A program made the position numbers and the translations under genes. The notes below the pieces were generated by a model, which saw only the letters and a program-made list of their open reading frames with translations, made no database searches and was not told where the DNA came from. Shown here piece by piece: positions 21,559 through 31,041 of a stretch of DNA of 32,000 nt (its first letter is position 1; the number at the start of each line of letters is the position of its first letter). The DNA comes from Candidatus Electrothrix yaqonensis (GTDB lineage: Bacteria; Desulfobacterota; Desulfobulbia; Desulfobulbales; Desulfobulbaceae): NCBI GenBank assembly GCA_047651235.1, contig CP178758.1, positions 690,001 through 722,000 on the forward strand. The letters run 5' to 3'.

Positions 21559-22547
21559 TGGACAGCCTTGGTTTTGCCTATCCCCAATTGCTCTGGTTCC
21601 TGCTTCTTCTTCCCGTTCTGGGATTTCTCCGGGGCAGACGCGGCCCGGCACCTGCCCTGGTATTCTCCTCTGTTGCAGTGGCCAGAGCGATTTCTTCGGA
21701 AAAAATGACCCGGCCGGGCAGACTGCTGGCCTGGCTGCGCTTGGCTGCCCTCGGTCTGATTATCCTGGCAATGGCCCGTCCCCAATGGGGCAGCACCAGC
21801 ACCGAGGTCGAGGCGTCAGGCATTGATATTCTGCTGGCCGTGGATGTATCAGGCTCCATGCAGGCCATGGACTTTACGCTGAAAGGCAGGGCTGTAGATC
21901 GTCTGACAGTAGTCAAAGCGGTGGTGAAAAAATTTATTGAAGATCGGCCCAATGACCGAATCGGCTTGGTGGCCTTTGCCGGACGACCCTACATGGTCTG
22001 CCCATTGACCCTGGATCATGACTGGCTCTTCCAGCGGCTGGAATCCCTGCGCACCGGGATGATTGAAGACGGTACCGCGATCGGGTCGGCCATTGTGGCT
22101 GGGGTCAACCGGCTGCGAGATCAGGAGGCCAAGTCCCGGATCATGATCCTGCTCACTGACGGGGTCAATAATGCGGGCAAGGCTGCGCCGCTCACTGCTG
22201 CCGAAGCGGCAGAGACCATGAAGATCAAGGTCTACACCATCGGGGCGGGAAAACAGGGGATTGCCCGAATGCCGGGTGTGGATATATTTGGCCGACCCAA
22301 TATGGCTGAGGTGGATATTGACGAGGATACCTTGGGCAAGATTGCCGAGATGACCGGAGCCAAGTATTTCCGGGCCACTGACACCCGTTCGCTGGAAAAA
22401 ATTTACGAGGAGATTAATGCGATGGAAGCCACGACCAGGAAGATCAAGCATTTTTCTCAGTATAGGGAGCTGTTTTCCTGGCTGGTTACTGCGGCCGTGC
22501 TGCTGCTGGGAGTGGAATTGGTTGTTTCGCGGAGGCGGTTGCCGTAG
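21558..22547 (+). CDS. VWA-domain membrane protein (BatA type)
   Basis: It has the N-terminal FAYPQLLWFLLLLPVL, the MIDAS motif DILLAVDVSGSM, ILLTDGVNN and a C-terminal TM helix. A TAATG overlap links it to the upstream gene. Confidence 0.8.
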   Translation: MDSLGFAYPQLLWFLLLLPVLGFLRGRRGPAPALVFSSVAVARAISSEKMTRPGRLLAWLRLAALGLIILAMARPQWGSTSTEVEASGIDILLAVDVSGSMQAMDFTLKGRAVDRLTVVKAVVKKFIEDRPNDRIGLVAFAGRPYMVCPLTLDHDWLFQRLESLRTGMIEDGTAIGSAIVAGVNRLRDQEAKSRIMILLTDGVNNAGKAAPLTAAEAAETMKIKVYTIGAGKQGIARMPGVDIFGRPNMAEVDIDEDTLGKIAEMTGAKYFRATDTRSLEKIYEEINAMEATTRKIKHFSQYRELFSWLVTAAVLLLGVELVVSRRRLP

Positions 22548-22639
22548 GATAAAAAAAATCAGGGCCGTACAGAATTCTCTGTATTGCTGTTTGGCAAGGT
22601 GGCCGGGGAGGAGTCTGACGGAATACAGGAACTTCCGGG

Positions 22640-22911
22640 TATCCATCTATTTCGCATCATATTTCCGCAGAGCCGGAAACAGTTTTTTATCCTCTTTGTC
22701 TGTATGCGCCAGCACGGCAGTGATCATTGTCTCGCTTGAAGTGATGATCTTTTTGACCTGCCCAGTATTCGGCTGCGAGCCGAAAGAAAATATGATCTTC
22801 CGGAACTCGGTGAGAAGACGTAATATCGAAGCATGATCCTCCTGCAGTTCCTGCACCAGCTTTTTTTCCTGAGCATCACTCCGGGCAAGCAGAACTGAAA
22901 ATACCTCTTTT
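22640..22911. repeat. Direct repeat, copy 1 (about 272 bp), matching 26786-27057
   Basis: Aligned by eye at an offset of 4146 bp, about 19 mismatches appear. Most lie in the last 50 bp. Confidence 0.9.
22647..22911 (-). pseudogene. 3' fragment of a hemerythrin-like gene (the N-terminal half is missing)
   Basis: It encodes ...QELQEDHASILRLLTEFRKIIFSFGSQPNTGQVKKIITSSETMITAVLAHTDKEDKKLFPALRKYDAK. This is nearly identical to the C-terminal half of the intact gene at 26793-27242. Similarity ends near 22911. Confidence 0.8.
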
Positions 22912-23040
22912 TATATGTGCATGAATACGCATTACCCCCACAATGTGTACACTTTTAGCTTTACTTTTTCGTTTCAGTATGTATAAGATTTCTGTAGATC
23001 ATTAATAATTGCAAAATGTTTCTGGAGGAGGACAGGTGAA

Positions 23041-24975
23041 ATGAGTTTAAAAGAAAGCAGAAGGATCGGCAGATCCGGCAAGATCATTCGGCAGCGTATC
23101 CGTTTGAAATCGTTGACGGCCAGTATTATCATCGTCATGGCATTGACTGTATCTGGAAATCCTGCAGCTGCATCAAATCATTCGTCAGAATCTCCGGATA
23201 TCAAATTTCTGGATCAGGGCTGGAATCCCGAAATCCGTGAGTCTTTTTATTATACCCCTCAAGGATCCCGCCTGATGCCTTATAAGTGGTTTATGGCCCT
23301 GGAACAAGCGGGCAGCACCAAGCGATTTTCTTCTGCAGAGAACTTGTCCCGATACGGTTGGCTGAAGCCTTCTAAGGGAGCTACGGAACTCAACCCGGGT
23401 GAGTTGCCGGTAGGTTTTGCTGTTGATCCGGTTGAAGTGGAGGGGACAGGTAAATGGATGGGGCTTACCTGTGCTGCCTGCCATACAAATGATGTCATGT
23501 ATAAGGGAAAACGGCTGCGTATTGACGGGGCACCTGCACTGGCTGATTTCGGTGCCTTTATGCAGGATCTCTCCACAGCAGTAAATGCCACATTGCTGGA
23601 TGAGAAAAAGTTCAGGCGTTTTGCGGCCAAAGTACTTTCCCCTGATGCCAAGGAGGATGACGTCACCAATCTTCGTGGGGCCTATCTTGCTTTTACGAAC
23701 CGAATTACAGGACGTGCGTGGATGCGTACCCCGCCGCTTCCCGCCGGGGCAGGACGGGTTGATGCGTTGGGGCAGATAATAAACGCCCTGGCTGTATTTG
23801 ATCTGGAAGTGCCGGATAATCTGCGTCCTCCCAGTGCACCGGTAAGTTATCCTTTTCTCTGGTATACACCCTTTCTCTCTTGGGTGCAGTGGAATCCTAT
23901 TGCCAGTAATCCTATCGCCCGAAACGCCGGAGAAGTACTGGGCGTGTTCGGATCTGCTCAGTTCACCGGTTCCAGATTGGAACAGGCCGATCTGGCCGCA
24001 AAAATAAAGATTCACGAAAAGCTGCAGCAGCTGGCCAAGGATCTGGTCCCGCCTGATCTGCATAAGCAGGCTCCTCCTGCCAGCCGGAAGCTGAAACAGC
24101 TTATCGATAAAATACAGCATGCTGAAGGGAAGGATTCTACAGGCATGCTCTCTTCCACAGTACTGTATACAAATCTTAATGATCTTGAAGGATGGCTCCG
24201 GGAGCTGAAAAGCCCGCGTTGGGATGATGAGCTGTTCGGACCGATCGATATGGAACTCGGCAAAAAGGGCGCTGAACTCTTTACAAAAAACTGCCGTGGC
24301 TGCCACAACATGCCTCCCTTTGACATGACCCCGAAGGAAGAAAATATCGTCGGTAAGCAGTTCATCAAGATCGGTCGGATCAACTATCAAGAGGTGGGGA
24401 CTGATCCTGCCTACATCAATAATTTGATTGCACGTTTTACTGCCACCGGTGACCTTGCTTCCATTTTGTTTGAAGGGAAAGGGGTTGTACCGGCAGCCAC
24501 GTTTTTTCTGGGCAGTGTAAGCGCGGTGGTGGAAAAGGGCTTGAATGACCTGGGGCTGAGCAAAAAACAGCTGCTGGAATATTCCGATTACCGTTTTTAT
24601 CCCGCAAAACCAGGTGAAGAACCAAAGCCTTATCAACCGGACGATGTAACCAGCTTTAAGGCCGGACCGTTATTGGGTATGTGGGCCACCGCTCCTTTCC
24701 TGCACAACGGTTCCGTACCGAATATGTATGAGCTGCTCTCCCCGCCTGAAGAGCGTTCCAAGGTTTTCTGGGTAGGCAATCCGGAACTGGATCTTGAACG
24801 GCTTGGTTATGTTTCTGTTGAGCAGCCCGGCCTTTTTCGTTTTGATACCTCACTGCCCGGCAACAGCAATCAGGGTCACATCTATCCTGCCCGTCCCTAT
24901 ACGCATGAACAAAAGATGGCGGTAATCGAATTCCTGAAAGATCCCTACAGATTCCTTGAGGAGGCGGAATTATGA
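23041..24975 (+). CDS. Secreted di-haem c-type protein of the cytochrome c peroxidase / MauG superfamily (RoxA-like size and layout)
   Basis: It has a signal peptide (SLTASIIIVMALTVSGNPAAAS). There are two CxxCH motifs: CAACH at 23470-23484 and CRGCH at 24292-24306. It also has GMWATAPFLHNGSVPNMYELL, a CCP-family distal motif. Confidence 0.75.
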   Translation: MSLKESRRIGRSGKIIRQRIRLKSLTASIIIVMALTVSGNPAAASNHSSESPDIKFLDQGWNPEIRESFYYTPQGSRLMPYKWFMALEQAGSTKRFSSAENLSRYGWLKPSKGATELNPGELPVGFAVDPVEVEGTGKWMGLTCAACHTNDVMYKGKRLRIDGAPALADFGAFMQDLSTAVNATLLDEKKFRRFAAKVLSPDAKEDDVTNLRGAYLAFTNRITGRAWMRTPPLPAGAGRVDALGQIINALAVFDLEVPDNLRPPSAPVSYPFLWYTPFLSWVQWNPIASNPIARNAGEVLGVFGSAQFTGSRLEQADLAAKIKIHEKLQQLAKDLVPPDLHKQAPPASRKLKQLIDKIQHAEGKDSTGMLSSTVLYTNLNDLEGWLRELKSPRWDDELFGPIDMELGKKGAELFTKNCRGCHNMPPFDMTPKEENIVGKQFIKIGRINYQEVGTDPAYINNLIARFTATGDLASILFEGKGVVPAATFFLGSVSAVVEKGLNDLGLSKKQLLEYSDYRFYPAKPGEEPKPYQPDDVTSFKAGPLLGMWATAPFLHNGSVPNMYELLSPPEERSKVFWVGNPELDLERLGYVSVEQPGLFRFDTSLPGNSNQGHIYPARPYTHEQKMAVIEFLKDPYRFLEEAEL

Positions 24976-26219
24976 GCTTCGGTGAAATTTCCTTTTTAGA
25001 GCAGTATGACAAGGCTGCGGAACATGAGAAATTCCCTTTGGTACGGGAATGGATGGACAACAACCCAAGGGCGTTTTTCAGAGAATTGCGGAAGAACCGA
25101 CCTGTCCTCACAACGCCGGTCTGCATCCTGGTGGCCTTGTTTGATGATGTAGTGGAGGTGCTGCGGCACCACTCAGTCTTTACAGTGGAACTCTATTTCC
25201 CTAAAATGGGCGATTATATGCTTGCCCAGGACGACACTCCCCTCCATTACCGCGAGAAAGCAATTATGCAGTCAATGCTCAATCGGGATGACCTGCCCAG
25301 GGTGAGGGAGCTGATCGGTACATTCTCCAAGGAAACTCTGGAAAATGCAGGTTCGCAGATAGAATACGTAAATAATTTCTGCCGCCTGATTCCGGCTCTT
25401 CTGGTCCAGCAATACTTTGGTCTGGATGGTACTGATCCCCGGCAGCTGATTGAATGGTCATACTGGAACCAGTATGACACCTTTCATAACCAGCCTTTCG
25501 ATATCGTGGATGATCCTGACGCGATTCACGCTAAATCTCTGAAAGGGGCGCAGGAGATGCGCGGTTATCTGGGTGACCTGATAAAACGGAAGATAACAGC
25601 TGTCCAGAAAGGAGAGCATGCAGATGATATCGTTTCCCGTCTGCTGCGTACTCAATTTCCGGAAGAAGTGACTTTTCCTCTGGACCGGCTGGCCCGGAAT
25701 ATTGGCGGACTGCTGATCGGTGCAGTGGAAACCACCGCCCAGGCAGTGGCCCAGATTCTCCAGGAACTGCTGCGCAGACCGAATGTGCTGGCTCAGGCCA
25801 AGAGAGCGGTTGATGATATTGCACATTTTGACAGTATCGTCTGGGAGGCTCTGCGTTTTAATCCTATTTCTCCCTATTTGTTCCGCAAATCTATTGCTGA
25901 TTACACATTGGCACGGGGAACGGACAGAGAGACCGTCATTCCGGAAGGCAGCTTAGTTCTGCCGCTGATTCTCTCAGCCACTTTTGATGAGCGTGCCTTT
26001 TCTAAACCGGAGAAGTTCAACCCGGACCGCCCTTGGCTGGACACCTTTCACTTTGGTTTCGGGCTGCATGAATGTCTCGGTAAATATATCGGCATGGTGA
26101 TGATCCCGGAAATGGCGCGCCAAACCTTGATGCGTCCCGGTCTTCAGGCGGACAGTGCCATTGACTTTAAGGGAGGTCCCTTCCCGGAACACTATCAGCT
26201 CTCCTGGAGGAAGCGGTAG
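24972..26219 (+). CDS. Cytochrome P450
   Basis: It has the Cys-ligand loop FHFGFGLHECLGKYIG, the I-helix GAVETTAQAV (acid-alcohol pair) and the ExxR motif (WEALRF). Its start overlaps the upstream stop (ATGA). Confidence 0.9.
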   Translation: MSFGEISFLEQYDKAAEHEKFPLVREWMDNNPRAFFRELRKNRPVLTTPVCILVALFDDVVEVLRHHSVFTVELYFPKMGDYMLAQDDTPLHYREKAIMQSMLNRDDLPRVRELIGTFSKETLENAGSQIEYVNNFCRLIPALLVQQYFGLDGTDPRQLIEWSYWNQYDTFHNQPFDIVDDPDAIHAKSLKGAQEMRGYLGDLIKRKITAVQKGEHADDIVSRLLRTQFPEEVTFPLDRLARNIGGLLIGAVETTAQAVAQILQELLRRPNVLAQAKRAVDDIAHFDSIVWEALRFNPISPYLFRKSIADYTLARGTDRETVIPEGSLVLPLILSATFDERAFSKPEKFNPDRPWLDTFHFGFGLHECLGKYIGMVMIPEMARQTLMRPGLQADSAIDFKGGPFPEHYQLSWRKR

Positions 26220-26221
26220 AA

Positions 26222-26695
26222 TTGCATCCTAACGAGAAATTACTGCATACTTTTTATACCTGTTTTCAGCGGAAAGATCATAAAGGCATGGCAGCCTGCT
26301 ACGCTCCTGACGCAGTATTCAGCGATCCCATTTTCAATCTCAAAGGGAAGACTGAGGTGGCTGCTATGTGGCATATGCTTTTCAATGCCGGGAAGGATTT
26401 GAAGATTGATTTTACCGTGCTCAAAGCAGATGACAAGCAGGGACAGGTACACTGGGAAGCCACCTACATCCTCCGGCGTACTCAGCGAAAAGTTCACAAT
26501 ATTGTGGAGGCGGAGTTTTATTTTGCCAATGGTAAAATTTTTCGGCATCACGATGAGTTCGGATTTTACCGCTGGGTACGTATGGCACTTGGCCCGACCG
26601 GCCTGACTTTAGGTTGGCTGCCCATGATGCGTAAAAAACTCCAAGGTCAGATGCAGGAAGCACTCAGAGAGTTCATCGAAAGACATTCATTCTGA
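26222..26695 (+). CDS. NTF2-fold (SnoaL/ketosteroid-isomerase-like) protein
   Basis: The TTG start lies 2 nt after the P450 stop. LLHTFYTCFQRKDHKGMAACYAPDAVFSDPIF...GKTEVAAMWHML is typical of SnoaL_2-type NTF2 proteins. Confidence 0.65.
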   Translation: MHPNEKLLHTFYTCFQRKDHKGMAACYAPDAVFSDPIFNLKGKTEVAAMWHMLFNAGKDLKIDFTVLKADDKQGQVHWEATYILRRTQRKVHNIVEAEFYFANGKIFRHHDEFGFYRWVRMALGPTGLTLGWLPMMRKKLQGQMQEALREFIERHSF

Positions 26696-26785
26696 ATAGT
26701 TATCTGTTCGTGGACCAGGCACAACGGCTGATTTCTTCCGGCTGATCATCCGCAGGACACGGTAACAGAATATAAAAATCAAGGA

Positions 26786-27057
26786 TATCCCTCTATTTCG
26801 CATCATATTTCCGCAGAGCCGGAAACAGTTTTTTATCCTCTTTGTCTGTATGCGCCAGCACGGCAGTGATCATTGTCTCGCTTGAAGTGATGATCTTTTT
26901 GACCTGCCCGGTATTCGGCTGCGGGCCGAAAGAAAATATAATCTTCCTGAACTCGGCAAGAAGACGTAATATCGAAGCATGATCCTCCAGCAGTTCCTGC
27001 ACCAGCTTTTTGTCCTGAGCATCACCTTTGGTAAGCAGAATCGGGAATACTTCTTTT
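26786..27057. repeat. Direct repeat, copy 2 (inside the intact hemerythrin gene)
   Basis: It matches 22640-22911. Confidence 0.9.
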
Positions 27058-27242
27058 TCCTCAAAGGAAAAATGCTGCACAATGTACTGATCAAAGAACT
27101 GGTGCAGCCGTTCCGTATAGTCTGGGATTTCATTGCTGGTGATGGTTTTGAGGAACTGTTCAAAAAAGACCATTGACTCAACGATCCTGCCGTGATCATG
27201 CGCCTCTCTGGTCAGTTTGTCCATTTTATCCGTCGGTAGCAT
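26793..27242 (-). CDS. Hemerythrin-like (HHE cation-binding) protein
   Basis: It has the HFSFEEKEVFPIL and HTDKEDKKLFP motifs. I prefer ATG 27242, but the track's TTG at 27260 is possible. Confidence 0.75.
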   Translation of the reverse strand: MLPTDKMDKLTREAHDHGRIVESMVFFEQFLKTITSNEIPDYTERLHQFFDQYIVQHFSFEEKEVFPILLTKGDAQDKKLVQELLEDHASILRLLAEFRKIIFSFGPQPNTGQVKKIITSSETMITAVLAHTDKEDKKLFPALRKYDAK

Positions 27243-27636
27243 TGTAAATTTTATTGACAAGAAGAACGGGATATTGTGCCCGATCCGTTGTTCCGGTCAT
27301 CCCGTCGGGGGGGCGGCAGGTACCTGCAGGCCGCGTTCCTGCCGTGATTTCTTGGCTCCCTGATAACATCAGAAAACAAGAAAGAGTATTTCCATCCATA
27401 TACGTATGGCCTGTGCCTATATGATGACAGGAAACGGAAAAGAAAACAACTTCTATTTATTTGCTGAATTTTCTTTGCACACAGACAAACAGGGCAGAAT
27501 AGCGTATACTGCCCGGGGCGGCGGACGGTTCAGTCCGCAGAGCCTGTGCAGAGTCTGACATGCCCGCTCTGTCGGACAACAAACTGACCTTGACTGTCCT
27601 TGTCTACGCTTAACCAGAAAACGCTGCAACAAGTTT

Positions 27637-28716
27637 ATGTTTTACCATCTGCTGTATCCGCTGCATACTCACTTCAGCGCCTTCAACGTTTTTCGTTATC
27701 TGACATTCCGTTCCATCGGGGCGGCAGTGACCGCCTTTCTCATTCTATTTCTGTCCGGCCCTTTTTTTATCCGCTGGCTGCAGAGCAAACAGATCGGCCA
27801 GATCGTCCGGGATGACGGGCCGGAAAGTCATTTCAGCAAACGGGGTGTCCCCACTATGGGCGGGATGCTGATCCTGATTGCCATTACCGGTTCTACGCTG
27901 CTCTGGGCGAATCTGAGGACCGGACTGGTCTGGGTCTGCCTGCTCCTCACCCTGTTTTACGGCCTGATCGGCTCGGTTGATGACTGGAAAAAGATCACCA
28001 GGAGTAATACCAAGGGGCTGTCTCCGCGCGGCAAGCTGCTGCTCCAGGTGGCCGGAGCCTGCATGGTCGGCCTCTTTCTTCATCTGCATTCCGGCTATGA
28101 CGGCAACTTGAGCCTTCCCTTTCTCAAAGGCGTGTATCCTGATCTCGGCTGGTGGTATATTCCCTTTGCCGTGGCTGTAATTGTCGGGGCATCCAATGCG
28201 GTTAATCTGACCGACGGGCTGGACGGCCTGGCCACCGGGACCGTGATGATCACCGCATCAGTCTATTTTATCTTTGCCTATGCGGCCGGGAACGTGCTGA
28301 TCTCCAAGTATCTGCAAATCCCGTATGTGCTGGGAGCCGGTGAGGTAGCTGTATTCTGCGGAACCATTGTCGGAGCCTGCCTCGGCTTTCTCTGGTTCAA
28401 TACCTATCCGGCCCAGATCTTCATGGGCGATGTGGGCTCGCTTGCTCTGGGCGGCGCCCTCGGTGCAGTGGCGATTATCATTAAACAGGAGTTCCTGCTG
28501 GCTATTGCCGGAGGAATCTTTGTTATGGAGGTGCTGTCGGTGATTTTTCAGGTGAGCTACTTTAAAATGAGCGGCGGCAGGCGTATCTTTCTGATGGCTC
28601 CGTTTCATCATCATTTTGAAAAGAAAGGATGGGCAGAACCCAGAGTGGTTGTCCGTTTCTGGATTATTTCGATTATCCTTGGTCTGATGGCACTGGCGAC
28701 CTTGAAGTTGAGATAA
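27637..28716 (+). CDS. mraY: Phospho-N-acetylmuramoyl-pentapeptide transferase MraY
   Basis: Similarity to E. coli MraY runs end to end, including [65 protein letters not shown] and APFHHHFE. Confidence 0.92.
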   Translation: MFYHLLYPLHTHFSAFNVFRYLTFRSIGAAVTAFLILFLSGPFFIRWLQSKQIGQIVRDDGPESHFSKRGVPTMGGMLILIAITGSTLLWANLRTGLVWVCLLLTLFYGLIGSVDDWKKITRSNTKGLSPRGKLLLQVAGACMVGLFLHLHSGYDGNLSLPFLKGVYPDLGWWYIPFAVAVIVGASNAVNLTDGLDGLATGTVMITASVYFIFAYAAGNVLISKYLQIPYVLGAGEVAVFCGTIVGACLGFLWFNTYPAQIFMGDVGSLALGGALGAVAIIIKQEFLLAIAGGIFVMEVLSVIFQVSYFKMSGGRRIFLMAPFHHHFEKKGWAEPRVVVRFWIISIILGLMALATLKLR

Positions 28717-28806
28717 CCGGCAGAGGGAGTTTTCCGGAAACTCTGTCAACAACATGGAAAGTTTCCACTTCTGGATACTGTTACCCTCCAAAAAAAAAAT
28801 AATCCT

Positions 28807-29376
28807 ATGAAAAAAATTATCTTTCTTATATTTTTACTGTGCAGTGCAGCTGTACAGGCGGAAGTCAGATTAAGGCCTTCTAAATGGGCTGTCCCGGTAA
28901 TTGGATCATCCCTGCAAAACTTCTATGCTCTAGACAGCAAGATATACCGATCTGAACAGCCAGACAGTAAAGCCTTTGCTGAACTTGAAAAATTTGGCAT
29001 TCAAGAGGTATTGAATTTACGGCAATTTCATACAGACAATGACGAGGCTGAGAAAACAGATATTAAGCTTCACCATGTAAAAATGAACACCGATGATATC
29101 AAAGTTGAACAATTAGTTCAAGCTCTTAAAATAATTAAAAATTCAAAAGGTCCTGTTCTTATTCATTGTTGGCATGGCTCAGATCGTACCGGCATTGTCT
29201 CCGCATCGTATCGAATCATTTTGCAAAATTGGTCAAAAGATCATGCTATCGAAGAACTGAAAGATGGGGGATACGGCTATCATGCTAAGATATATCCAAA
29301 TATAATTGAGATGCTGAACTCTCTTGATGTTCAAGCTATCAAAGCCGAATTGGGCTTGTTGCAGACCCCTTTTTAA
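28807..29376 (+). CDS. Secreted Cys-based (CX5R) protein tyrosine / dual-specificity phosphatase-like protein
   Basis: It has a signal peptide (IIFLIFLLCSAAVQA) and the active-site loop HCWHGSDRTG. Its composition is low-GC. Confidence 0.7.
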   Translation: MKKIIFLIFLLCSAAVQAEVRLRPSKWAVPVIGSSLQNFYALDSKIYRSEQPDSKAFAELEKFGIQEVLNLRQFHTDNDEAEKTDIKLHHVKMNTDDIKVEQLVQALKIIKNSKGPVLIHCWHGSDRTGIVSASYRIILQNWSKDHAIEELKDGGYGYHAKIYPNIIEMLNSLDVQAIKAELGLLQTPF

Positions 29377-29398
29377 CGCGTGTTAGAAATGAGGCAAC

Positions 29399-30727
29399 AT
29401 GATGAATCAACGCATTGTCGTGGTGGGAGCAGGTATTGCCGGTCTCACAGCAGGCTATTTTTTTAAGCAAGCAGGGCACCATCCAGTTGTCTTGGAGCAA
29501 TCAGACCGGGTCGGCGGCAGGATGGGCACTGACTTTGTCAACGGCTTTACTGTTGATTATGGCGCCCAATTTCTCACGGATAAATTCACATTAGAACTCG
29601 ACTTGATTGACAGGCTCGGTCTAAACAAGGAATTTATCGAGACAAGTCAACTCTTTGGAATAGAAAGAAAAGGCAAGGTTCGAACATTATGCGCAGCAGA
29701 TGCGTTATCGGCATTGAAAACAGGAGGCCTAAGTCTCTCAGGGTGGCTTCGCTTTGCTTATCGCGGCTACAGGCTTTTGGCCAAGACTAAATCAATTCCC
29801 CTGACGCAATTCTCCGCATGGTCAAACTACGATGACATAGATGCGGAAACGTGGAGCAACCGCTACTTCGGAGAGGAAATTACCGATTACCTCATAGAAC
29901 CTCCACATGATGCATTTTACTATCAATCACTCAAGGATACATCAAGAGTGGTGCCTATGTTTACAACTTCTTTGCTGTTCCTGAAAAGAGCTAAATACAT
30001 GTCGTTAACCGGTGGCATCAATGTTTTGCCTCAACGTATGGCTTCCGAATTGGACGTGAGACTTAATACATCGGTACAATCGATGTCGATTGATAAAACC
30101 GGCATAGAACTGAACACGGACAATGAGCGGATTTCTGCCGACAGGGTCATACTCGCAACCACTGCATCTGTTTCGAGAAACTTATTGAAAGAACCGTCGG
30201 CCATTGAACGGAAGCTCTTAACCACGCCATACAGCTCAGCAATCGTTATCGCCCTTGCAGTCAAAGACTCATTTGGCATTGCACCCGAAATAGCGCGGCT
30301 CTTTGGTATCCTGATACCGAAAAAGGAGAGAAATGTTGTTAACGCAATAGCGAATGGGGATCTGGGGAAAAAAGACAAGAGCCGAGTTGCCGACGGCAAG
30401 TTGCTTGTGGCTTTCTTGTCGGGTAAAGCGAGTTCAGAAATGATCGATTGGAATGACAGAGATATCCTTGCCGTTGTTTTGAAAGACATGGAAAAGTATG
30501 TTGTCGGCATTTCGGCAAATCTGCTTTTTACGAAAGTATATCGTTGGAAAGAGGCAGCGGCTATGTCCCCACCGGGAAGAAGCAGAAATATTGCCCAGTA
30601 TAGAAAGAACGTTCATCATTCTATGAAGGTTTTCCTCGCAGGCGATTATATGGGATTTCCCTGCACAGAAGGGGCGGCAGAGAGTGGAAAATGGGCTGCA
30701 GAGGCCGTTATGAGGAATCTCACCTAA
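29399..30727 (+). CDS. FAD-dependent oxidoreductase (amine oxidase / protoporphyrinogen-oxidase-like fold)
   Basis: It has the N-terminal dinucleotide fold IVVVGAGIAGLTAGYFF...VLEQSDRVGGR and the C-terminal GDYMGFPCTEGAAESGKWAA. Its composition is low-GC. Confidence 0.7.
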   Translation: MMNQRIVVVGAGIAGLTAGYFFKQAGHHPVVLEQSDRVGGRMGTDFVNGFTVDYGAQFLTDKFTLELDLIDRLGLNKEFIETSQLFGIERKGKVRTLCAADALSALKTGGLSLSGWLRFAYRGYRLLAKTKSIPLTQFSAWSNYDDIDAETWSNRYFGEEITDYLIEPPHDAFYYQSLKDTSRVVPMFTTSLLFLKRAKYMSLTGGINVLPQRMASELDVRLNTSVQSMSIDKTGIELNTDNERISADRVILATTASVSRNLLKEPSAIERKLLTTPYSSAIVIALAVKDSFGIAPEIARLFGILIPKKERNVVNAIANGDLGKKDKSRVADGKLLVAFLSGKASSEMIDWNDRDILAVVLKDMEKYVVGISANLLFTKVYRWKEAAAMSPPGRSRNIAQYRKNVHHSMKVFLAGDYMGFPCTEGAAESGKWAAEAVMRNLT

Positions 30728-31041
30728 CCTTAATGCAGCGAACGCCCAAATCTGCGCCGCTGATTTCGGTCGCTATGTAAGAGGATATTTTTCTTCGATA
30801 TAATTTCGTGTCATTCTGATCAATCGCTCCACCGGACCGCGCTGGCGTAGCTGGTATACAGCCATGAAGCTACGATAGGCGGCAACGGAATCCCGTCCTG
30901 TTTTATTCTTAATTATTAGAAAAGCTGGCAACAGACTGAACCGGGTCCCTCAAGGCTCGTTTTTTTTACAGGCAGTAAGGAGGCGTCCATCGGATGAACG
31001 CTCTCTGACGAATAACTCTATCTATAGAAGGAATTAGTAAA

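Noticed and set aside
23185-24636. 483-aa ORF on the minus strand
   Set aside because: It lies wholly antisense to the di-haem gene, which has a signal peptide, two CxxCH motifs and a CCP motif. The antisense product is R/G/C/F-rich with no recognisable motif, so it is a shadow ORF.
30722-30785. Integron attC-like site after the FAD oxidoreductase gene. ACCTAAC fits RYYYAAC and includes the stop codon. An imperfect palindrome follows (AGCGAACGCCCAAATC ... GATTTCGGTCGCT).
   Set aside because: No matching GTTRRRY R' box exists on the right side (GTAAGAG only). It is a single instance, with no integrase or attI in the window. It is probably just a stem-loop downstream of the gene.
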